From: Candidatus Saccharimonadota bacterium
GTDB lineage: Bacteria > Patescibacteriota > Saccharimonadia > Saccharimonadales > Saccharimonadaceae
DNA: 32,000 bases
NCBI GenBank assembly: GCA_001029695.1
Contig: CP011211.1
Location: 30,001-62,000 of the forward strand
Direction: 5' to 3'
A model generated the notes under the pieces. The model was not told the DNA's origin and ran no database searches. It was given only the letters and a program-made list of their open reading frames with translations. Positions 26,602 through 32,000 of the stretch are shown here, piece after piece. Numbering within the stretch: position 1 is the first letter of the stretch; each line of letters starts with the position of its first letter. The translations under genes and the position numbers were made by a program.

Positions 26602-27510
26602 GTGATGAAGATTGCTATATCAGGACTAGGCCGCATGGGCGGGCAAATTGCTAAGAAATTACATGATGATGGTCACGACGTGGTCGCTCATAACCGTTCT
26701 GCAGGTAAAGTCGACGAAGCTAAAGCATGGGGTGCGACAGCAGCATACGACAAGCAATCGGTTGTCGATGCATTTGCTGACCAGCCGGTTGTGCTTTGGA
26801 TTATGGTCCCCGCTGATGTGATCGAAAGTGAACTTGATGAATGGCTCGAAATACTTCCTTCAGGTAGTGTAATCATCGATGGTGGAAACAGTGATTACCG
26901 TGGCGATCAGGCTCGCGCCGACAAGGTTTCTGCTCGTGGCAGTCGTTTGCTCGATATCGGTACGAGTGGTGGCGTTTGGGGGCTTGAGAATGGCTTCTCT
27001 ATGATGGTTGGCGGCGACCCGCAGTCGTATCAGACTGTTGTTCCGGCGCTTGAGACGCTTGCCGCTCCTCGTGGTGGTCATCAGTTTTTCGGTGCTGTCG
27101 GAAGTGGTCACTACGTAAAGATGGTTCATAACGCCATTGAGTATGGCATGATGCAATCACTCGCCGAAGGGTACCGTATGCTTAAAGAAGGCCCGTATAA
27201 AGAAATTGATCTTGCGGCTGCGGGAGACATCTGGCAGCAAAGCAGTGTTGTCACGAGCTGGCTCAATGACTTGACTCGTCAGGCACTTCACGAAAATCCT
27301 ACCATGGAAGGTATTAGTGGTGTTGTTGCTGAATCTGGCGAGGCTCGTTGGACGCTTGAAACTGCGGATGAGCTGGGTATTCCCATGCCAGCAATTCAGG
27401 CGGCATTTGATGTGCGCTTAGCGTCCCAGCAGGGTGACGTCGACTTCTCTACTCAGCTCCTTGCTGCGATGCGCGCGAAGTTTGGCGGCCACGACATCAA
27501 CGGCAAGTAG
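26602..27510 (+). CDS. gnd: 6-phosphogluconate dehydrogenase (decarboxylating), short ~300-aa form
   Basis: Rossmann N-terminus MKIAISGLGRMGGQIAKKL, GGNSDY, and HYVKMVHNAIEYGMMQSLAEGY. ATG 26605 is the likely true start, given GAGGGGGA 4 nt upstream. A TATAAT lies at 26568-26573. Confidence 0.88.
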   Translation: MMKIAISGLGRMGGQIAKKLHDDGHDVVAHNRSAGKVDEAKAWGATAAYDKQSVVDAFADQPVVLWIMVPADVIESELDEWLEILPSGSVIIDGGNSDYRGDQARADKVSARGSRLLDIGTSGGVWGLENGFSMMVGGDPQSYQTVVPALETLAAPRGGHQFFGAVGSGHYVKMVHNAIEYGMMQSLAEGYRMLKEGPYKEIDLAAAGDIWQQSSVVTSWLNDLTRQALHENPTMEGISGVVAESGEARWTLETADELGIPMPAIQAAFDVRLASQQGDVDFSTQLLAAMRAKFGGHDINGK

Positions 27511-27532
27511 CCTTAGTCTGCTATATTGCTTA

Positions 27533-27541
27533 TGATATAAT
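27533..27541 (+). promoter_or_regulatory. extended -10 (TGaTATAAT), 7 nt upstream of ATG 27549 of the pilin gene
   Basis: TGATATAAT-gggggct-ATG. The box overlaps the alternative ATG at 27540. Confidence 0.4.
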
Positions 27542-28388
27542 GGGGGCTATGAGTAGAAACATTCACACTAAAGGGTTTACTCTTGTCGAAGTGTTGATTG
27601 CTATAGTGGTTATATCTATCTTGGCGGTTATCGGGGTGACAAGTGTGACAAACGCGCAGACAAGTGCTCGCGAAGCAAAAATAAAAGCAGATCTTAGTCA
27701 GCTTGCGAGTGCTATCAAGCTAGCGGGTACGGGATCGAAAACGTCGTTTTCAGACAAAAATAGGTCAATCCGTCAAATAACGGGCAATGACTATACGTCT
27801 GAAGATTGTGTATCGAAACCGAACGGTACAAATTTGGCGACACTGAGTCCTACTGATGGTTGTCTAACGAAATACCAGACTGCTCTAGACAAGATTTCAG
27901 AAGCAAGCGGTGCTGATGTGCGTTCGCTTAAAGATCCATGGGGCCGTCCATACTATATCAATGAGAGTATCGACGCGACGTGTAAAAGTACTGCTATCGG
28001 AGCGTACAATGTCTTTTTCATTCAGAAGACCGCAAGTAATACAATCAACTCTTTGATGTTCAATCATAACATCATCAAGGTTGACTCAAGTGTTACTGCC
28101 TGCGAAGGTGCTCCGGTTACGCCTGTCGATCCTCCTGTGGATCCACCAGGAACGGTAGATCCACCCGTTACCCCTCCGGTGACACCTCCAGTCACTCCTG
28201 ATCCAACTGCTGGGTGTGGTGGTGGGTTTACGTGGTGGATTGGCGTCATGCCTCCCCAAGAGCCAAATGCCTGTCCTGACTACGGCTGCAACAACGTATG
28301 GTGGTTTGGTATACCTCCTCGCGGTTGTTGTGTGTACTTCTGGGGACCTGAAAACTCCTATTGTAAGAGCATAGGTGAAGCGGTCTAA
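27540..28388 (+). CDS. type IV pilin-like protein (prepilin N-terminal cleavage/methylation motif) with an atypical large C-terminal region
   Basis: The class III signal is ...NIHTKG|FTLVEVLIAIVVISILAVIG, with Glu at +5. Total length is 282 aa. It has a Pro-rich spacer and a Cys/Trp-rich C-terminus. The start is ATG 27540 or 27549. Confidence 0.85.
   Translation: MGAMSRNIHTKGFTLVEVLIAIVVISILAVIGVTSVTNAQTSAREAKIKADLSQLASAIKLAGTGSKTSFSDKNRSIRQITGNDYTSEDCVSKPNGTNLATLSPTDGCLTKYQTALDKISEASGADVRSLKDPWGRPYYINESIDATCKSTAIGAYNVFFIQKTASNTINSLMFNHNIIKVDSSVTACEGAPVTPVDPPVDPPGTVDPPVTPPVTPPVTPDPTAGCGGGFTWWIGVMPPQEPNACPDYGCNNVWWFGIPPRGCCVYFWGPENSYCKSIGEAV
28113..28205 (+). repeat. Pro-rich codon repeats (PVTPVDPPVDPPGTVDPPVTPPVTPPVTPDP) inside the pilin gene
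   Basis: Reiterated ccN-gtN-acN-ccN units, including three tandem PVT/PPVT repeats. Confidence 0.7.
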
Positions 28389-28413
28389 CCTTATCGACGC
28401 TTAGATAGTAACT

Positions 28414-28445
28414 ATATCCTCCTGAAGATTCAGGAGGATATTTTT
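28414..28445 (+). terminator. Rho-independent terminator of the pilin gene
   Basis: ATATCCTCCTGA-agat-TCAGGAGGATAT followed by TTTTTCTT. Confidence 0.85.
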
Positions 28446-28506
28446 CTTCAAAATTCGACAGATATAGTCAAATGCTCAAGAAATATATACTACGTAAAAT
28501 TATGAC

Positions 28507-28558
28507 CGAGTAGGTCAACTGCGCTTCGAGATAAAACTCGTGGCAGTTGACCTACTCG
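28507..28558 (-). terminator. long hairpin (16-bp perfect arms) downstream of the minus-strand metallopeptidase gene
   Basis: CGAGTAGGTCAACTGC ... GCAGTTGACCTACTCG with an inner CGAG/CTCG extension. It lies 21 nt after the stop at 28579. The minus-strand trailing sequence is GTCATAATTTT. Confidence 0.6.
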
Positions 28559-28578
28559 AATCGGACGGAATAACTGGA

Positions 28579-29565
28579 CTAGTTTGTGCTTACTTTTGGA
28601 AAGACGGTGTGGTCAGGTGTATACATATTGCATGCGCCTGTCCCGCCGTAGTATCCGTTGAGAAATGCATCTCCTCTCTCTGATGGGCTTCCGTGAGACT
28701 TCTCACCTTCGATTCCGATTCCGTATACACGTTGATATGCCGCGATACCTTCTTCGGGGCTCAGCGATGCGCTGTATGCGCCAGAAAGGCAGTCGCCACC
28801 TTGTTCGTAACTGTAGATCGTTTCTGCCGGGCCAACGAGTGTAGCGATAGCAGGGTTGAGGCCTGCAGCTTCTTGGAGTCCGTGTGCGCTTTCGTGGATA
28901 GCAACGCTTGTCGTTGCGTTATCACTTGTGAGGAGCTCGTGGATATCGTTCTCTTCAAACATCGTCAAGCCGTCGCAGTGGTGGGGTCCCATGCCAGGCA
29001 TCATACCACAGACAGAAACCTGTCCGTCGTTGATAAATGGCCATACGCCGAGCGCATACTTGGGTAGCAAGATTGTTGTTGATTCTTGTTCGATTCCTTG
29101 ATCTTCGTACCAGTTGTTGGTTCGAGACGTCGCGCATGCAACTTGCTGCTTTATGGTACCATCGACACACTGAGATTCATCCGGCTGGATGACTTCGGGC
29201 TCGTAGTAAGACACGGCCTGCTCCCATTGCTGGGAGAGTGAGGCGTCTTGACTTGTCGGTTCGTGAACTGGAGCTTCTAGTGCATCACCTGTGATGAGGG
29301 TCTGCACTGTTGCAACGAGCTGGTCGCCTACGTTCTGAGCGATATCGGGCAGCTTACTTCCCTGAGGAAGTGCTTGTCCGAGCGTGCGGTCGATCTCAGC
29401 GATTGGATTACTAGCGAGCGCATTCGAGATTTCGGCTGGTAATTCGATCGAGATCCCGATCTGCGGGATTTCAAGCGTATCTGCAGAAGCGATACTTGCA
29501 CCAAAAAGTGTTGCAAATACCATACCGATCATCATACCGATGATCATAAAAAAGCGCTTTGTCAT
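28579..29565 (-). CDS. secreted neutral zinc metallopeptidase, YpfJ-like (HExxH)
   Basis: Start taken at ATG 29565. The signal peptide is MTKRFFMIIGMMIGMVFATLFGASIASA. The HExxH site is AIHESAHGLQ. Downstream GGDCLSGAY and C-terminal SHGSPSERGDAFLNGYYGGTGACNMY resemble the YpfJ-type family pattern. An extended -10 TGcTATAAT lies at 29622-29630 on the minus strand. Confidence 0.75.
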   Translation of the reverse strand: MTKRFFMIIGMMIGMVFATLFGASIASADTLEIPQIGISIELPAEISNALASNPIAEIDRTLGQALPQGSKLPDIAQNVGDQLVATVQTLITGDALEAPVHEPTSQDASLSQQWEQAVSYYEPEVIQPDESQCVDGTIKQQVACATSRTNNWYEDQGIEQESTTILLPKYALGVWPFINDGQVSVCGMMPGMGPHHCDGLTMFEENDIHELLTSDNATTSVAIHESAHGLQEAAGLNPAIATLVGPAETIYSYEQGGDCLSGAYSASLSPEEGIAAYQRVYGIGIEGEKSHGSPSERGDAFLNGYYGGTGACNMYTPDHTVFPKVSTN

Positions 29566-29661
29566 GCTATTCCGTTCTGTAAAGGTGCGACAGTGATTCG
29601 TCACACTGTTGTGTAATATATATTATAGCATAAAAACTATAAAATTACAATATATAAATGA

Positions 29662-30240
29662 TTACAGATCAAGAATCAAGCAGAGACTCGCAAACGCACG
29701 CCAATCAGGTATCTCGCTTGTGTCATCGACAGATAAACGATACATAGGCCGGAATAATTTTACCTGCGTGTAGCTTCCTATCTCATGACCTTTTCGATTG
29801 AGAATAACAAGTCTATGCCCACTCGCGATTGCGATGAATCGTACCCATGATGCAAGGACTGGCATAGGCTTTATGAGGTGCAGGATGGATGATATGTAAG
29901 TATTACGCGGTCTCACGGTGACAATTGGGCTATGCTGCTGGTCGAGAATTATCCATTCGCCTGCTGTCGTCGCCGTAGGGTGCGCAGCTTTGACGTGATT
30001 TATAGGATAGCCATAGGGGTCGACAATCTGGGCGGTTGTGTCATTTTGACGTGAGAGTATGCAAAGTGGACTACTCTTTACTTCATTTGTATAGAGTACC
30101 GCTTGGTCTTCATTGGCGAAGCGCCGTTGCTGAGAGTATGCGATGGTGTCGCCAGGGGTTTTATCTGGGACGGTGAGGGTAAATTCAAAAGAGTTTATAA
30201 AGTCGCTTTGTCGCTTCGTAACAATAAATTGTTGAGCCAT
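29662..30240 (-). CDS. hypothetical cytoplasmic protein (beta-rich)
   Basis: 192 aa from ATG 30240 (MAQQFIVTKRQSDF...). The track start at 30246 is 2 codons longer. It bears a weak resemblance to the LURP-one/tubby-like beta-barrel style, which I do not assert. Confidence 0.65.
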   Translation of the reverse strand: MAQQFIVTKRQSDFINSFEFTLTVPDKTPGDTIAYSQQRRFANEDQAVLYTNEVKSSPLCILSRQNDTTAQIVDPYGYPINHVKAAHPTATTAGEWIILDQQHSPIVTVRPRNTYISSILHLIKPMPVLASWVRFIAIASGHRLVILNRKGHEIGSYTQVKLFRPMYRLSVDDTSEIPDWRAFASLCLILDL

Positions 30241-30246
30241 AACCAT

Positions 30247-30255
30247 ACTATATCA
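30247..30255 (-). promoter_or_regulatory. extended -10 (TGaTATAGT), 6 nt upstream of ATG 30240 (leaderless-type)
   Basis: The minus strand reads TGATATAGT-atggtt-ATG. Confidence 0.4.
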
Positions 30256-30301
30256 TATTTGTCCATAATATTATATAGCTATTTACAAAGAAGCATAAGT
30301 A

Positions 30302-30310
30302 TGATATAAT
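30302..30310 (+). promoter_or_regulatory. extended -10 (TGaTATAAT) for the 30407..31543 gene, giving a leader of about 90 nt
   Basis: TGATATAAT lies in the divergent intergenic region. The leader contains a 9-bp bulged hairpin (CCTCTCGCA...TGCtaGAGAGG, 30350-30375). Confidence 0.4.
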
Positions 30311-30406
30311 GCATAGTGTATTTGACAGAGATGTTGAATAGTACACCCACCTCTCGCATAATCGTGCTAGAGAGGATAACAACTCGGAATAGAAAGTGAG
30401 ACTCTC

Positions 30407-31543
30407 ATGAATCTCATGCGACGTATTGTGATAGCACTTGCTGCTATTGCTGTCTTGCTCGGTGTCGGCTTCGTCAACGAGGCAAGCGCTGAAGGTTTGA
30501 ACTTCGGTACGGCAGACCTCACGTCCGTAGATGTATTTGTTCACGGCACGGGTCCTGCACCTGAATCATCTGTAGTGTCTACCCTGCCGGGCTGGCGCGC
30601 AGAAATTTCACCTGCATACGGGACTCGCTCAATGGACGAGTCCGAGGCGGACGGCTCAGCCCTCCTGACCGATTACATCGTTGATCGCGTCGCAAAGGGT
30701 GAACCGATAAACCTCGCCTCGTATTCCCTCGGGAGTACAGTTACGGGGGATGCAATCCACAAAGTGACGTCAGAAAGGCTCGTTGATCCCAGTTTGATCA
30801 CTGCAACTGTTATCTCTGACCCGCGCTATGTCAACACAGGCGTAACACAGGTGCTTAAAGGTGGCATATGGCCTCATGTTCTTCCGCTGATCGGCATTAC
30901 GCCGAACGGTGAACGAAGCGGCTTCAACGGAGCAAATGTTGAGCAGGTGTGCTACACCTACGACGCGATTTGCGACCTGAAGACGGGCATGTGGGGCGCT
31001 GCAAACTCTCTGGTTGGCTACTTTCTGATTCATGGATCTCAGGATCCAGTTCAGAACTATGCGAATATCGATCCGGCCAAGACGACCTCTCGTGTCGACG
31101 AGGACGGTACGATCCAGACAACTGTTCACGGTAAACTCCCGATTCTTCGTCTCGCAGAGATGGAGATGAAGACTGAACTGCCTGATGTTGTTCATGCAGT
31201 TGGTGAAGCACTTGTCGAAACGACTGGTGATCCCGGTCAGGTTCAGACGACCAAGACATTCGAACAGACAGCACAGGACGTCGCTGCCGCGATCGCCCCT
31301 GAGTTGCCGACCTTCGAAGAGGTAGTTGCTCCCGTTCAGCAATGGGCGGCCGACACAGTACAGCAGTGGACTGCTCCAGCAGCTCCTATCGAAGCTGCAC
31401 CTGCCGTCGACTACGTGGCACCTGTTCTTGAGCAGGCCGCATCTGTCGTCAATGATTTCGCAGCAACACTTCCTGCTGATCTGGGCAGCCAGGTCAACGA
31501 TCTCGCCGCTCAAGGCCTTGCCTTGATTGGAGCTGGTCGATAA
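30407..31543 (+). CDS. secreted PE-PPE/cutinase-like serine hydrolase with an Ala/Pro/Gln/Trp-rich C-terminal tail
   Basis: 378 aa. The signal peptide is MNLMRRIVIALAAIAVLLGVGFVNEASA. Motifs are VFVHGTG, LASYSLGS (x-S-x-G nucleophile elbow), ISDPRYVNTG...LPLIGITPNG and YTYDAICD...AANSLVGYFLIHG. The tail contains QQWAADTVQQWTAPAAPIEAAP. It is a paralog of 22931..24493. Confidence 0.82.
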   Translation: MNLMRRIVIALAAIAVLLGVGFVNEASAEGLNFGTADLTSVDVFVHGTGPAPESSVVSTLPGWRAEISPAYGTRSMDESEADGSALLTDYIVDRVAKGEPINLASYSLGSTVTGDAIHKVTSERLVDPSLITATVISDPRYVNTGVTQVLKGGIWPHVLPLIGITPNGERSGFNGANVEQVCYTYDAICDLKTGMWGAANSLVGYFLIHGSQDPVQNYANIDPAKTTSRVDEDGTIQTTVHGKLPILRLAEMEMKTELPDVVHAVGEALVETTGDPGQVQTTKTFEQTAQDVAAAIAPELPTFEEVVAPVQQWAADTVQQWTAPAAPIEAAPAVDYVAPVLEQAASVVNDFAATLPADLGSQVNDLAAQGLALIGAGR

Positions 31544-31600
31544 GCTAACGACATGAGTATCCATATTCAGTCGAAGGGACTGTATAGACGAAGCACAATT

Positions 31601-31674
31601 GCCCATTTACCTACTTCACTAAGGAGCGCCTATAGGTTGCCAGCCACATATTACTAAGAGGTAGTGAGTGGGCT
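31601..31674 (+). repeat. second, expanded copy of the GCCCA(C/T)TTAC...GTAGT(A/G)AGTGGGC palindromic element
   Basis: GCCCATTTACCTAC ... GTAGTGAGTGGGC gives 13 pairs including two G:U and one bulge, with a 46-nt loop. The arms are near-identical to those of the terminator at 22786-22823. Confidence 0.45.
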
Positions 31675-31700
31675 GACGAGCTTACTTTCTATCCGACGAT

Positions 31701-31744
31701 GCCCTCATCATTATCCGCCGTACGGTGTAGATATAGATGAGGGC
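31701..31744 (+). terminator. hairpin plus T-rich tract, probable terminator
   Basis: GCCCTCATC ... GATGAGGGC is a 9-bp stem with an inner CCGTACGG palindrome, followed by TATTTTATT. It lies between convergent genes. Confidence 0.5.
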
Positions 31745-31755
31745 TATTTTATTGG

Positions 31756-32000
31756 CTATTCTTTTTCCCAAATAGCGAGTGAAGCTATTTTATCAAGTCG
31801 TACTGAGAAAAAGCATTGAAGTTCGTCGTTAAAGAGAATGACGCATGGATTGCCTTTGGTGTATAAAAAATCATCACTCGATGTGTATTTATGGAATTCA
31901 TCTCGACGATCTACGAAACAAATGCCTCTATAGACGCCTGAGACACTATTTTCAAGCTGGAGCATATCATTTGGTGGCATGTAACTGGTATCGATTGAAA
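31756..32000 (-). CDS. hypothetical protein, probably 5'-truncated by the window edge
   Basis: The frame is open from the stop at 31756 to base 32000. An internal ATG lies at 31980. No motif recognised. Confidence 0.4.
   Translation of the reverse strand, partial: SIDTSYMPPNDMLQLENSVSGVYRGICFVDRRDEFHKYTSSDDFLYTKGNPCVILFNDELQCFFSVRLDKIASLAIWEKE

Noticed and set aside
28113-28205. Short tandem repeats (also at 16957..17118) considered as a possible CRISPR array or VNTR
   Set aside because: The units are 9-12 nt, in frame, and encode Pro-rich or Thr-rich linkers inside ORFs. There is no repeat-spacer organisation. No CRISPR array exists in the window.
29566-29604. Longer N-terminal extensions from GTG starts (29604 for the metallopeptidase, 21064 for the membrane protein)
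   Set aside because: The extensions precede an otherwise perfectly placed signal peptide or polar N-terminus, add junk-like residues, and ignore the promoter and -10 positions. The ATG starts at 29565 and 21016 fit better.
30770-31606. 278-aa minus-strand ORF antisense to the PE-PPE-like hydrolase gene
   Set aside because: The plus-strand gene has a signal peptide, catalytic motifs, a promoter and a paralog. The antisense translation is Cys/Arg-rich with no features or RBS.

Overview
The window is a gene-dense, small-genome bacterial segment, roughly mid-40s % GC by eye. It contains no rRNA, CRISPR array, transposase or integrase. My guess at lineage is a reduced Patescibacteria/Saccharibacteria-like organism, from gene content and protein style only. 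Bases 1-5852 hold a complete F-type ATP synthase operon (atpBEFHAGDC, with atpB cut by the window edge). The rest mixes housekeeping genes with many orphan secreted, membrane or lipoprotein genes. The housekeeping genes are a Dus-family tRNA-dihydrouridine synthase, a 1098-aa UvrD-type helicase fused to a RecB-type nuclease, a TrmA/RlmD-family m5U RNA methyltransferase, a eukaryote-type GH13 branching enzyme and a short-form 6-phosphogluconate dehydrogenase. The most unusual content is the envelope-related genes in the right-hand third (21-31.6 kb). These are a processive GT2 polysaccharide synthase, two paralogous PE-PPE/cutinase-like serine hydrolases sharing a Trp/Pro/Ala/Gln-rich C-terminal tail, a 282-aa type IV pilin with a Pro-rich spacer and a Cys/Trp-rich duplicated C-terminal module, and a secreted YpfJ-like HExxH metallopeptidase. 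Other points worth a second look: a tRNA whose acceptor, D and T arms are canonical but whose anticodon arm is not; a 63-nt nested hairpin abutting that tRNA; a recurring -10 box placed 5-9 nt before the ATG (leaderless-type) at about ten genes; a 3-codon uORF with a perfect SD in front of glgB; a probable frameshifted gene; and an orphan 373-aa protein with beta-carbonic-anhydrase-like Cys motifs. All functional calls rest on motifs I can read in the translations. No database search was possible.
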